DNA from: a virus
Length of the DNA stretch: 64,000 nucleotides
IMG/VR virus record: IMGVR_UViG_3300032053_000013
Coordinates: 58,286 to 122,285 of that record
Strand: one strand, 5' to 3'
Shown here: in pieces, positions 1 through 9,956 of the stretch
Position numbering within the stretch: the stretch's first letter is position 1
How the letters are laid out: every line of letters starts with the position of its first letter
Translations under genes and position numbers: made by a program
Notes under the pieces: model-generated
The model's input: the letters and a program-made list of their open reading frames with translations, nothing else
What the model was told of the DNA's origin: nothing
The model's database searches: none

Positions 1-1
1 C

Positions 2-3000
2 ATGGTGGGAGTGCTCGACGAGACGAACGGCGGCACGGGGCAGTCCGCCCTCGCCACGGGCGACACCCTCTACGCCTCGGCGGCGAACACCTTCTCCAAG
101 CTCGGCATCGGGAACGCGGGGGACGTCCTGACCGTCGCTGGAGGGGTCCCTACGTGGCAGGCCACGGGTGCGGTCACCCTCCAGGGGGCCTACCAGGGGG
201 GGAACACCATCACCGTCACGGCTGCGGAGGGAGTTCCCACCATCTCGAACGCGGCGGACGCCACGAACACCCTCTCGGTAGCCCGCACCTTCGCCGGGGG
301 TGGGACCGGGGTTGATCTCAGCATGGGCGCGGCCACGACCGGGGTCGGGTTCAACGTCCTTGCCGCCGGTTCCGGCGACGCAGCTTTCATCAACAATACG
401 GGCACGGGTTCGGCCTTCACCGTTCAGGACGGCGGTGTGGACGTCGCGGACATCACCGCAGCCGGGGCTGTGACAATCACCCCGACGAGCGGCCAGACCG
501 CCACGATCACTACGGCAGGAGCCGGAACGCTGGACTTCAACTCCGCCGCAGGGATCACGATCGACGGCGTGGGAGTTTCCATCGACAACGCCAACTCTTC
601 CGCGAACTTCTCCAACGCTACGAACGGGGCAGCGCAGGATCTCACGATCGGCCTGACCGGGGCGACGAACTCCAGCATCCTCCTGAACTCGACCGGAACC
701 GGGGTGGACGCCATCGGGCTGACCACTTCGGCGGGAGGACTGGTCGCGAGCGTGAACGGAACCCTCACGGCGGACGCGGCCTCGCTCGACCTCGACGCTA
801 CGACCACGTCCCACTTCACCGTCACGGGGGCGGCTGCGGACGCGACGGTCTCCAGCGTGGGAGGCTCGGTGAACATGACGGCCTCTGAGGCCGCCGCCGA
901 TGCCATCAACATCACCGCTTCGGCAGGGGCGGGCGGAATCACCGCGTCCTCCGGGACAGGAGGCATCACCGAAACCACCACCGGAACGATGGACCTCAAT
1001 TCGGGGCCGTTCACCCTGGACGGTACGACGGGCAGCATCGACTTCACGGACACAGCAAACGTGACCGTCACGGGAGCCAGCAAGGATCTGACCGTCGCCA
1101 GCACCGGTGGGTCGGTGAATGTGACGGCTACCGAAGCCGCTGCCGACGCGATCAACATCACGGCCTCGGCGGGGGCCGGGGGGATCACGGCGTCCTCCGG
1201 GACGGGGGGCATCACCGAAACCACCACCGGAACGATGGACCTCAATTCGGGGCCGTTCACCTTGGACGGATCTACGGTCAGCATCGACGGAACGGATGCT
1301 GTCAACGTCACCGCCACGGGAGCGAGCAAGGACGTGACGGTCAATAGCGCGGGCGGATCGGTCAACATCACCGCGACCGAGAACGCCGTCGATGCCATCA
1401 AGATCCAATCGACGGTCGGGGGAACGGAGATCAACTCCGCTGGTCTGTTGAGCATGGATGCCGGGGCCAGCGCGGACATCGACGTCACCGGAAGCACCAC
1501 GATGACCTCCACCGTGGCGACCACGATCGAGGCGGTGGGGGGGAACCTTACCCTCGACAACCAGTTCGCTACCGGCAAGGTCATCCTCATGACGGGCACG
1601 AACACGGCGGCGACCGCCGTGGAGATCAAGAGCGACAACGGAACGGTTCAGGCCTCAGTCGATGGCACCGGGCAGGCCGACTTCAACGGCAACCTCGACG
1701 CCAACGCGGGTCTTGACGTCTCGGGGGGCAACCTTACCCTCGACAGCAATGACATCATCGTCAATACGAACAAGTTCAAGGTTGATGGGGCCACGGGGGA
1801 CACCTTGGTCGCCGGGAACCTGACGGTGCAGGGAACCATCACCGGCATCCAGACCGTGGACATGATCATCAAGGATAACTTCATCCAGGAGAACGTCGGA
1901 TACACTACGGCAGTAGCCTTGACCGGCGGTCTTGTAACCAACTACCTCCCCACGGCGACGGCCACTACCACGAACGGGGCGTTCATCGCCGGGTACGGGG
2001 GTGGATCCCCCGCCGATGCACAGGTCACGACGACCGGCTCGGGCACGTTCGCCTTGGGCGATATCATCCAGATCTCCGGTTCGACCGACGGCCTCAACGA
2101 CGGCTTCTTCGAGGTGTACTCCCACGGTGGAACCAACCTCTTGATCCGCACTGTTCCGGGAGCCCATGCGACCGTCGAGCCCTTCACGCGCACTCAGTTC
2201 ATCGCGATGCCGGCGCCTTCGCCCGCCGCCTCGATCACCAAGGTCACGGTCTCGGTCATCCGTGCCGGGACGGATGGGATCTGGGAGACCGGAAAGGGTG
2301 CGGTTACAGGGATCACCTACTCCGATCTTGCTACCGGCACCACGGTGACCTTGCAACAGGCGTACGACAACGGGAACACCATTACTCTCACGAACGCCGA
2401 TGGTAACCTGGCGATCACGACGACCTCCGCCGGGGGCGGGGCCGACCTTACGGTGGCCTCTGCGGCGGGAAGCTTCCTCGCAACGAACACGGGAGCCGCC
2501 AAGATGGACCTGGGCGCGGCGGCGAACACGGTGAACCTCAACGGTCCTCTCACGGCCACGGGGAATCAGACCATCAACCTCGGCAGCGGCCAGTTGACTA
2601 CCGCCGGGAACATGGACGTGAGCAACGGGATCGACATGACCGGCGGGGTGGGCCTGACCCTCAGCGGGGCCGGGACGGACCTGTTCGCCGCCGACAGCAC
2701 CGCGATCAAGCTCGGAAACACGGCTGTCGCACCGGATGCGACCATCGGATCCGACGGGACGGACATGGTCACCACGATGGCGGCTACGGCGAACTGCGTG
2801 GTGAAGACGGGCGACGCCGCCGGGGCCAAGTCGTTCATCGTCGCGGACAGCGGGGCGGTTCCGCAGATGACCGTCACCTCGGACGGCGACCTGACGATCA
2901 CGGGGACCGCGACGATTCCCACGGGGGAATCGCTCAAGGTCGGGGACGTCTTCCTGAACGAGTACGGGTCGGGCATGCAGGGGAAGAACACCAGCCTCGT

Positions 3001-3355
3001 GCCCATCGTCGCCGGGGACACGGTGAAGTTCAACGGCTCGGGGAATTTCGAGATCTCGGGAACCCCCGGCCTTACGGGCATGAGCGACATCCCGGTCGGC
3101 GTGGCCGCCGTGAACATCGGGGTCGGGTTGTGGGGCAACGTCTACTTCAGCGGGCCTGCGGTGCCCGTCAAGGACAACAGCGCCGGAGGCTTGCTCGCCG
3201 GTGGGTTCGCAATCTTCGACACGGCGGGAGGCGTCAAGAACATCGCGGCTGGGGCCGCCGCAGGGAAGGAACTCGTCTACGGTGGGGCGTGCTCGAAGAT
3301 CGCCGGGGGAATGGCGTACATCTCCCTCGTCATCCAGAAGATCGCCAAGGTGTAA
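2..3355 (+). CDS. Long tail fibre/adhesin-like protein (5' truncated by window)
   Basis: >1100 aa G/T/A/S-rich; TLQxAYxxGNTI motif twice (~173-211, ~2345-2383); internal repeats. Confidence 0.7.
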   Translation: MVGVLDETNGGTGQSALATGDTLYASAANTFSKLGIGNAGDVLTVAGGVPTWQATGAVTLQGAYQGGNTITVTAAEGVPTISNAADATNTLSVARTFAGGGTGVDLSMGAATTGVGFNVLAAGSGDAAFINNTGTGSAFTVQDGGVDVADITAAGAVTITPTSGQTATITTAGAGTLDFNSAAGITIDGVGVSIDNANSSANFSNATNGAAQDLTIGLTGATNSSILLNSTGTGVDAIGLTTSAGGLVASVNGTLTADAASLDLDATTTSHFTVTGAAADATVSSVGGSVNMTASEAAADAINITASAGAGGITASSGTGGITETTTGTMDLNSGPFTLDGTTGSIDFTDTANVTVTGASKDLTVASTGGSVNVTATEAAADAINITASAGAGGITASSGTGGITETTTGTMDLNSGPFTLDGSTVSIDGTDAVNVTATGASKDVTVNSAGGSVNITATENAVDAIKIQSTVGGTEINSAGLLSMDAGASADIDVTGSTTMTSTVATTIEAVGGNLTLDNQFATGKVILMTGTNTAATAVEIKSDNGTVQASVDGTGQADFNGNLDANAGLDVSGGNLTLDSNDIIVNTNKFKVDGATGDTLVAGNLTVQGTITGIQTVDMIIKDNFIQENVGYTTAVALTGGLVTNYLPTATATTTNGAFIAGYGGGSPADAQVTTTGSGTFALGDIIQISGSTDGLNDGFFEVYSHGGTNLLIRTVPGAHATVEPFTRTQFIAMPAPSPAASITKVTVSVIRAGTDGIWETGKGAVTGITYSDLATGTTVTLQQAYDNGNTITLTNADGNLAITTTSAGGGADLTVASAAGSFLATNTGAAKMDLGAAANTVNLNGPLTATGNQTINLGSGQLTTAGNMDVSNGIDMTGGVGLTLSGAGTDLFAADSTAIKLGNTAVAPDATIGSDGTDMVTTMAATANCVVKTGDAAGAKSFIVADSGAVPQMTVTSDGDLTITGTATIPTGESLKVGDVFLNEYGSGMQGKNTSLVPIVAGDTVKFNGSGNFEISGTPGLTGMSDIPVGVAAVNIGVGLWGNVYFSGPAVPVKDNSAGGLLAGGFAIFDTAGGVKNIAAGAAAGKELVYGGACSKIAGGMAYISLVIQKIAKV
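887..1269 (+). repeat. Intragenic duplication, 246-bp (82-codon) period
   Basis: EAAADAINITASAGAGGITASSGTGGITETTTGTMDLNSGPFTLDG encoded twice; 962-1015 identical to 1208-1261. Confidence 0.95.
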
Positions 3356-3375
3356 CAAGATACGGACCAGAGGCC

Positions 3376-3398
3376 GGGGGCTCGGTGAGCCCCCCTTT
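3376..3398 (+). terminator. Possible weak intrinsic terminator
   Basis: GGGGGCTC-GGT-GAGCCCCC hairpin then short T run after fibre gene. Confidence 0.4.
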
Positions 3399-3412
3399 CG
3401 GAGGACGGGTGA

Positions 3413-3946
3413 ATGTCCAAGCACACGAAGATGGCAAGGGCGGCGGTGCCGCCGCCGCAGTCCAGGGGAGTGGGTCCGAGGCTGGTTCCGCCGGGGACGG
3501 CTCCGGTGGCGGTGCGCCAGGAGATCGGGGAGATGGACGCGCTCAAGTACCGGCTCGCGATCCAGAAGGACAACAATCTCAAGGAGAAGCTGAAGAACAT
3601 CGAGGGGCAGAAGGCCCTTCTCGCCAAGGAAGAGGAGAACATCAAGCTGCGGATCGACCTTACCCGGATGGAGAACCGCAGGGACATCGGGCACCTGGAC
3701 ATCGGGCAGGGCGATCAGCTGGCGGACGAGAACGGGAGGTTCTACATCCTCCGCGCCCCGAGGCAGGGGTCGCTCCCCACGATCAAGATCCCGCCCAAGG
3801 CGGGGCCGACAGCGCCGGAGCCTCCTGCCGCGCCCCCGGCGGAGGTGCCCCCGGCGAATCCCGAGGGGGAGGAGGAAGAGGAGGGGGAAGAGGAGGACGG
3901 GGCCACGGAGGGGAGAGGCACGGAAGCCCCCCCGGAGAAAGAGTGA
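3413..3946 (+). CDS. Hypothetical protein (coiled coil, acidic Pro-rich C-terminus)
   Basis: GGAGG upstream, phage-like codon use, fills gap between hairpins. Confidence 0.75.
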   Translation: MSKHTKMARAAVPPPQSRGVGPRLVPPGTAPVAVRQEIGEMDALKYRLAIQKDNNLKEKLKNIEGQKALLAKEEENIKLRIDLTRMENRRDIGHLDIGQGDQLADENGRFYILRAPRQGSLPTIKIPPKAGPTAPEPPAAPPAEVPPANPEGEEEEEGEEEDGATEGRGTEAPPEKE

Positions 3947-3957
3947 ACGCGGCAACC

Positions 3958-4003
3958 AGACCGGAGGGCGTTCTCCATTCAGGGGGACGCCCCCGGTCTT
4001 TTT
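3958..4003 (+). terminator. Intrinsic terminator
   Basis: AGACCGG-A-GGGCGT ... ACGCCC-CCGGTCT stem followed by TTTTT. Confidence 0.75.
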
Positions 4004-4020
4004 CATTCCAGGGGTGACGT

Positions 4021-6237
4021 ATGGGTGTCGCCCTCAGCGCAGGCTACAGCCTTGAACAAAAAGGGAACCTCGCCGGTAACAGGTTCTCAGGCACGGAGTA
4101 TTTCACCAGCCTTGACGCCTCCACCAGCGTGACGGTCGGGACACTCGTTCTTACTAACACCAGGGTCAACCCTGGGGTGCAGGGCACCCTCGACATCGGC
4201 ACGACGAGCGTCATGCCCACGGGGATCGGCGGAAACAGCATCACCATCACTGGGCAATCCGGAGGCCCTTCCGCCAATCCAATCGGGGCGGGCAGGGGCG
4301 GAGGAACCACGCTGAAGGGGGGGACGGGGGGTCTGGGAGATGCGGTACAACTGGGGGGCGATGGAGGTGACGCCTACATAGAGGGTGGAATCGCCGGGGG
4401 GAGCGGAGGAGCGGGGGTGGGGACCAAGGGCAAGGTCTACCTCGGGCAGAACGACACCTTGTCGATCGTCGTGGGGACGGACGTCCTGCCTTCGGGATCC
4501 TCCCTGGACATCGGCAGCTCCGCCAGCCCGTTCGACTATGGCTACTTCAACGACGTGAGGATGACGGGGGCAAGCGGGTCGGATCTCCTTTGGGTCACGA
4601 ACGGGGGAGGTGACATCGGGGCGGCAGGCCCAGCCAACGCTCCGGCCAACATCTACGCCACGACCTTGATGAAGGTCGGAGCGTCCACCGCCCTGAAGTC
4701 CGACCGCCTCTCTATCACCGGGGCGGCGGGAGACCCCGGGTCTCAAGTGGCAGGGGACTTCTGGTACAACACCACATCCAAGAAGCTCAAATACTACGAC
4801 GGGACCACGGCGTATGAGTTGGCGACGTCGTCGGCGGCGTCGAACTCGACCCTCGTGGACCTCGCGACCGCGACCGCCGCCAGCCTCACAACGGCCCTCT
4901 CGAACTACTCCATCGTCTATGTGAAGGGGACCAGCGGTTCGGACATGACGGCGGACGTGACGATCCCCGCCGGGAGATGGATCATAGGGGTCGAGACAGC
5001 CCTCCCCGAGATGAAGTTCGACGCGAGCCATAAGCTGATCGTGAACGGGTACCTCTACAACGTCCAGGTGACGGGTGCCTATAGCTCCAGGAGCCAGCAT
5101 GTCATTACCACGGACGGCGGAGGGATCCTGGAGGACGTCAGGGCCTACACCGCAGGGAACCTGGCGTCGGCGTCCTACTACGGGATCTACGGGGCCTTCC
5201 TGCGGATCAACAACTGCCAGGTTTACAACCTGAACGGCGTGTACCTGTCGAACTATGGGACCTACACCAGGGGAAACCAGAGCATCACGAACGTCTACTG
5301 CAACGGGACGGCTGGGGGATTCTCTACGCAGGGGATCTACCTCGGGGGGTCATACTGCTACGCGGCCAACCTTTACGCGACGAACTACACGACCGGAATC
5401 ACTGCTGCGGGCTCTACCAGCACGTACACCAATCTCAACTCGTACGCATGCAAGTCCGGCGGGGTCGGGGTGAACCTTGGCTGCTCCTACTCCCACGTCT
5501 TCGGGGTCTACAGTAATTCGGACGTCGGGACGTATGGAGTGTACATGGGCGCGTACTCCATGACCGTCAAGGATGTCGTGGTGGTCGGCTGCACGGGGAT
5601 CGGCGTCTACTCGGCGACCTTGTACGAGTGCGTCATCGACGGCATCTCGGTGAAGAACAACACCGGGGTCTCGATCTACTTCACCGGCTCGGGCGGGACC
5701 ATCTACAGGAGCGTGTTCTCCAACTTCACGGTCTACAACGGGACGAACATCGGACTTCTTTACAACGCGATCTACGAATGCAATCTCACGAACGTGAGGG
5801 TCTACTACTGCCGTGGGACGAACATCGACGGGATCGAGTTCGTGGTCTACGGTGGGGCCGTCTCGAACATTGCGGTGTACGACTGCTCCCGTTATGGCAT
5901 GAGAATCAACGGGTGCTCTCAGGTCTCATTCTCCTCGCTGGAGGCCCAGGCGAACGACAACATCGGGGTCTACTTCGTTAGGGGAAACTGCTATTCCGCT
6001 TCCAGCATCATGTCGTACGGGAACGGGGGAGCGGGGGTCTATATCGACGGGACGAGCTGCTACGCGGTGGAGATCGGGGACATCTCTGCGGCTTACAATA
6101 CAGGATATGGGGTCCAGGAGGCGGGCAACGCGACCGACGGATGCCAGATCTGCGGTCTGTCGGGACGCAGCAACACGTCGGGAAGGGATAACGTCCCAGG
6201 GGCTAACTGGGCCATCTCCAATAACACCGGGAGCTGA
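4021..6237 (+). CDS. Tail spike/fibre with C-terminal right-handed beta-helix (pectin lyase-like)
   Basis: GDFWYNTTSKKLKYYDG fibre motif; C-terminal N/G/Y/C repeats typical of parallel beta-helix. Confidence 0.7.
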   Translation: MGVALSAGYSLEQKGNLAGNRFSGTEYFTSLDASTSVTVGTLVLTNTRVNPGVQGTLDIGTTSVMPTGIGGNSITITGQSGGPSANPIGAGRGGGTTLKGGTGGLGDAVQLGGDGGDAYIEGGIAGGSGGAGVGTKGKVYLGQNDTLSIVVGTDVLPSGSSLDIGSSASPFDYGYFNDVRMTGASGSDLLWVTNGGGDIGAAGPANAPANIYATTLMKVGASTALKSDRLSITGAAGDPGSQVAGDFWYNTTSKKLKYYDGTTAYELATSSAASNSTLVDLATATAASLTTALSNYSIVYVKGTSGSDMTADVTIPAGRWIIGVETALPEMKFDASHKLIVNGYLYNVQVTGAYSSRSQHVITTDGGGILEDVRAYTAGNLASASYYGIYGAFLRINNCQVYNLNGVYLSNYGTYTRGNQSITNVYCNGTAGGFSTQGIYLGGSYCYAANLYATNYTTGITAAGSTSTYTNLNSYACKSGGVGVNLGCSYSHVFGVYSNSDVGTYGVYMGAYSMTVKDVVVVGCTGIGVYSATLYECVIDGISVKNNTGVSIYFTGSGGTIYRSVFSNFTVYNGTNIGLLYNAIYECNLTNVRVYYCRGTNIDGIEFVVYGGAVSNIAVYDCSRYGMRINGCSQVSFSSLEAQANDNIGVYFVRGNCYSASSIMSYGNGGAGVYIDGTSCYAVEIGDISAAYNTGYGVQEAGNATDGCQICGLSGRSNTSGRDNVPGANWAISNNTGS

Positions 6238-6719
6238 TGATGAATAGATACCTTGTTGTCTACGACACCACGACGGGGGAGATCCTGCGGGCCAGCCCCA
6301 GGCCGAACACGTTCACGACCGTCGTCTCGGGGAACGGAACCCTGGACGGCGACTCCCTCGTCGGGACGGACTTCTCCGGGGTCGCCACGGGGGATATGGT
6401 GGTCATGCAGACAGCGATCAGAGAAGTCCGCTGCGGCGTGGCCGAGGTCGTCTCGGGAACCGAGCTGCGGCTCGGACGGGTCTTCCAGGACCAGGACGCA
6501 GGCAGCGTATCTTTCACGGTCAAGCGAGTGGGAGATCCGGTGTCAGCTACGAACGAGGAGAAGGCCACGGCCATCAATGATGTAAAGGCCGAGGTCGGTC
6601 ACCAGAACGTGGACGCCATGAAGGTGAAGACGAGGCAGAGCATCTCGGCTAATAGCCATCATGTTGATCTTGGCGATGGGAATAAGGTGAAGAAGGTCGA
6701 AGAAGTGGCATACGAGTAG
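6237..6719 (+). CDS. Hypothetical tail-associated protein (possible fibre chaperone)
   Basis: Coupled to spike gene (TGATG); N-terminal VVYDxxTGEIL. Confidence 0.6.
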   Translation: MMNRYLVVYDTTTGEILRASPRPNTFTTVVSGNGTLDGDSLVGTDFSGVATGDMVVMQTAIREVRCGVAEVVSGTELRLGRVFQDQDAGSVSFTVKRVGDPVSATNEEKATAINDVKAEVGHQNVDAMKVKTRQSISANSHHVDLGDGNKVKKVEEVAYE

Positions 6720-6724
6720 GGAAG

Positions 6725-7342
6725 ATGGAAGATCCGAATTCCAAGCCGAAGTCCGTCGAGGAGCGGACTGCCGAGATCCTCATGGGGCCTCCGAAGGAGG
6801 TCTACGACGCCGCCAAGAACGTGAAGGGGCGGTGGAGGGACATCGTCACCCGCAAGCGGCCCGACGGCACGGAGGAGGTGGTCGAGGAGACGCCCTGGAG
6901 CAGCAACATGATCGTCCAGGGGATGTCGGTCGCCCTCGCCGCCCTGATGAAGGGCGACCCGAACTTCGCCGGGGGGATCAGGTACCACGCGGTCGGGCGC
7001 GGGCTCGCGGCGTGGGACCCCCTCCCGACGCCCCCGACGCCGCTGGCCTCCGACGTCTCCCTGGTGGACGAGTACTTCAGGAAGGCGCCGACCGCCATCT
7101 CCTATCTGGACCCTCTGGGCGTCCCGGTGCCGGGGCCCACGAAGTCCATCCTGGTGCAGACGGTCCTCGACTACACCGAGGCGAACGGGATGGCCGGGGA
7201 GTACATCCGGGAGCAGGGGATCTTCTGCGGGCAGGCGACGGCGGTCCTGAACTCAGGGACCATGGTGAACCTGATATACCACGTCGCGAAGTGGAAGAAC
7301 AACAAGGTCAAGATCACCAGGTACATCAACTTCATCTTCTGA
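6725..7342 (+). CDS. Tail-collar/baseplate fibre-attachment protein (DUF3751-like)
   Basis: NMIV..ALAAL..YHAVGRG..SLVDEYFRK..EANG..IREQGIF pattern. Confidence 0.65.
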   Translation: MEDPNSKPKSVEERTAEILMGPPKEVYDAAKNVKGRWRDIVTRKRPDGTEEVVEETPWSSNMIVQGMSVALAALMKGDPNFAGGIRYHAVGRGLAAWDPLPTPPTPLASDVSLVDEYFRKAPTAISYLDPLGVPVPGPTKSILVQTVLDYTEANGMAGEYIREQGIFCGQATAVLNSGTMVNLIYHVAKWKNNKVKITRYINFIF

Positions 7343-7345
7343 TTG

Positions 7346-7362
7346 GCGCACACGGTGTGCGC
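7346..7362. repeat. 17-bp palindrome GCGCACAC-G-GTGTGCGC (copy 1 of 3)
   Basis: Perfect inverted repeat in intergenic gap; related copies at 35648 and 54158. Confidence 0.85.
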
Positions 7363-7381
7363 GTGAGGGGCGGAGGTTCCG

Positions 7382-9946
7382 ATGGGAGCGAGCACGGCGA
7401 TCATCACGAGACGCATGTTCTCGGAGGTGAAACGCTACGTCCAGACCGTCCTGCAAGCCGGGGTCCCCCTGGTCGACGCGGACTACAACGACCAGATGGA
7501 CTCCAACTTCACCCAGCTCCGCAGGATCATCCAGTCCTGCCTGGGGGACGGGGCGCTCGGCGACGCCTTCCTGGTCAGCCAGAACCTCCCGAACCTGGTG
7601 AACGAGTTCCTGATCAACGGCGGGGACACGCTCGCCTCGGTCGCCCTCACGGTGAAGGCCGACAAGACGGTGGTCCTCCCGCAGCCCGGCCCGGAGGGGA
7701 TGTTCAACAAGGGCCACCACGCGCAGCTCTGGGCGGACGAGACGTTCATGTCCGGCGGCCAGACGGCCCCGGTCTCCACCTCCCTCATCCAGACGGTCCT
7801 CCCGAGCGACACGCTCGTGGACACGGCGGCGAACTTCACCCCCGGAGCGCTGGTGGGCAGGGTCCTGACGCCGGACCTGGCGGTGCCAGCGAACGCATAC
7901 GCGGTCGTCGCCAACGGGGCGAACACGATCCAGGTGGGCGTCTCGATGGTTGCGGCGGCCGGGGCGCAGTACCGGGTCGGCCTGACCACGCCCGGCGCGG
8001 CCAGGAAGGACCTGGTCTACCTCGACTGCTACCTCGACGAGACCAACTCGACGGAGGACGCGGACCTCAAGCACACGATCGACTCGATGACGATCGAGGC
8101 GATGCTGCGCTGGAAGCTGGTCCAGACGGTGAAGGTGGAGGAGGGGGTTGCCCTCCCCTACGCCATGCCCTCCGGGTGGACGGACACGGACGGGAACCCT
8201 CACGTGGTCGTGCCCCTGGCCCTGATCGAGCGCCCGGCGGGGAACCCGACCGTCACGGACGCGATGATAACGGACCTCCGCAGGAAGCTCTTCCGGCTGG
8301 ACGAGATCGACGACCGCTTCGTGAACGTGACCGGGGACACCATGACGGGCGTCCTGGCCATGCAGGCGAACATCACGGTGGCCCTCGGGAGGAAGGTGCT
8401 GGGGACCTGCATCATCGACGCCAACGCCCTCTGCGAGGACACGGTCGCCCAGAGGCACATGAAGCGGAGCTCCCACCTCCTCGACGCGGTGGACAACGTC
8501 CCGACGTGGAGCGAGGTGAACGACCCGGCGGACCCGAACCACTTCAAGGTCCACGACAACCGGTACTACACCAAGTCCATCCTCGACGCCATGCTCGGGG
8601 CGAACCTGATCTCCAACGGGATGTTCATGGACGGGCTGGACGGGTGGGAGAACCTCGCGCCCCTGCCCCTCTACGGGTACCCGCAGCTGGAGGCGTCGAG
8701 GGCGATCGTGGCCATGAGCCTGTGCGGGGCGACCTGCGAGGGCGGGTTCTGCTCCTGCCGGTCCCTCCAGCTCTACGTGCCGCCGTCGAACCGGGCGTGC
8801 GTGATCTGCGTCACGAGGCAGGAGGTGTGCGGGGGGATCACCTGCGGCGGGGAGTTCCTCCTCATCATGACCCTCTGCGTGACCAAGGGCGAGGAGGCGG
8901 TGATCCCCTTCCTGGTGTTCGACCTCTACTCCTCCTGCCAGTACGTGGGGACGAAGAGGTACGCGATGTGGGAGCCCGGGCTGGACGACCCGGAGAAGCC
9001 GGGGATCACGGTGCAGGACGGCTTCATCAGGATGGAGAAGAAGGTCGAGTGGCCGAAGTGCATCGACAACGCGGTGGTGACGGTGTGCTTTGAGATCGTC
9101 CCGCTCCACGAGCTCCCGCCCGTCCCGCCCGAGCCGCCAGCCTGCGACGTGTGCCGCCAGGGGCCCCAGATCACGGAGGGGACGGGGGCGCTGTGGGCCT
9201 GCATCGAGAGCCCGGTGCAGATCACCCCGTTCGCGATGTGCCGGTACTTCCCGGCCCCCGTCCCGGTGGTGGACGCCGTCTCCTTCGACGTGCAGTCCAA
9301 CCGCCCGGGGGCCCTGCTCCGCACGATGCTGATGGACTCGGAAGGGAAGAGGGCGTACCACGACGACGTCCCGACCGGGGGCGTCGACTCCTTCCTCGTC
9401 ACGGCGGCCAGCTTCCAGATCCCGGACGGGTCCTTCAACTGGCAGAGCGTCGTCTCGTGGTGCCTGTACTGGGGGGACCCCCAGCCGTACGACGAGTACG
9501 TCACGGACAACTGGAAGATCGACAACCAGTTGCTCAGAGACCGGATTGACATCCCGAACGTGGGGAGCTGGGACGACCTCGAGTACCTGTTCCTGAACCA
9601 GCTCGCCGGGTGCGGCTACCAGGCCGAGCCCGACGCCCCCCGTGGTATCATGGCCCCGGAGGGGTCGAGGCAGGCGAGGCAGCCGGAGCCCGACCCGAAC
9701 CCCCTGTCCCCGGCGTGCGAGGTTGGGCCGGAGGCCTTCGAGGTCTCGGTCTGCGCGGTGCAGATGCGCCGGATCAGCGGGCCGGAGGGCGAGATCGACC
9801 CCGGCATCGGGTGCAAGACGAACAAGATCCCTGTCATCACCACGGTCGAGTTGGATGGGACGGTGAACTTCACGACCGCCCATAACCAGGTGGCGACCGT
9901 GGTGGAGGTCCTCGAAGAGGAGTGCTCAGAGCCTCCCCCGCAGTGA
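7382..9946 (+). CDS. Baseplate/tail protein with N-terminal DUF6519-like domain, Cys-rich C-terminal half
   Basis: RYVQTVLQAGVPLVDADYNDQ..LRRIIQSCLGDG N-terminus. Confidence 0.65.
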   Translation: MGASTAIITRRMFSEVKRYVQTVLQAGVPLVDADYNDQMDSNFTQLRRIIQSCLGDGALGDAFLVSQNLPNLVNEFLINGGDTLASVALTVKADKTVVLPQPGPEGMFNKGHHAQLWADETFMSGGQTAPVSTSLIQTVLPSDTLVDTAANFTPGALVGRVLTPDLAVPANAYAVVANGANTIQVGVSMVAAAGAQYRVGLTTPGAARKDLVYLDCYLDETNSTEDADLKHTIDSMTIEAMLRWKLVQTVKVEEGVALPYAMPSGWTDTDGNPHVVVPLALIERPAGNPTVTDAMITDLRRKLFRLDEIDDRFVNVTGDTMTGVLAMQANITVALGRKVLGTCIIDANALCEDTVAQRHMKRSSHLLDAVDNVPTWSEVNDPADPNHFKVHDNRYYTKSILDAMLGANLISNGMFMDGLDGWENLAPLPLYGYPQLEASRAIVAMSLCGATCEGGFCSCRSLQLYVPPSNRACVICVTRQEVCGGITCGGEFLLIMTLCVTKGEEAVIPFLVFDLYSSCQYVGTKRYAMWEPGLDDPEKPGITVQDGFIRMEKKVEWPKCIDNAVVTVCFEIVPLHELPPVPPEPPACDVCRQGPQITEGTGALWACIESPVQITPFAMCRYFPAPVPVVDAVSFDVQSNRPGALLRTMLMDSEGKRAYHDDVPTGGVDSFLVTAASFQIPDGSFNWQSVVSWCLYWGDPQPYDEYVTDNWKIDNQLLRDRIDIPNVGSWDDLEYLFLNQLAGCGYQAEPDAPRGIMAPEGSRQARQPEPDPNPLSPACEVGPEAFEVSVCAVQMRRISGPEGEIDPGIGCKTNKIPVITTVELDGTVNFTTAHNQVATVVEVLEEECSEPPPQ

Positions 9947-9956
9947 GAGGTGGAAG

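Noticed and set aside
887-1269. Possible diversity-generating retroelement TR/VR pair
   Set aside because: Differences are synonymous third-position changes, not adenine-specific, and no reverse transcriptase is present.
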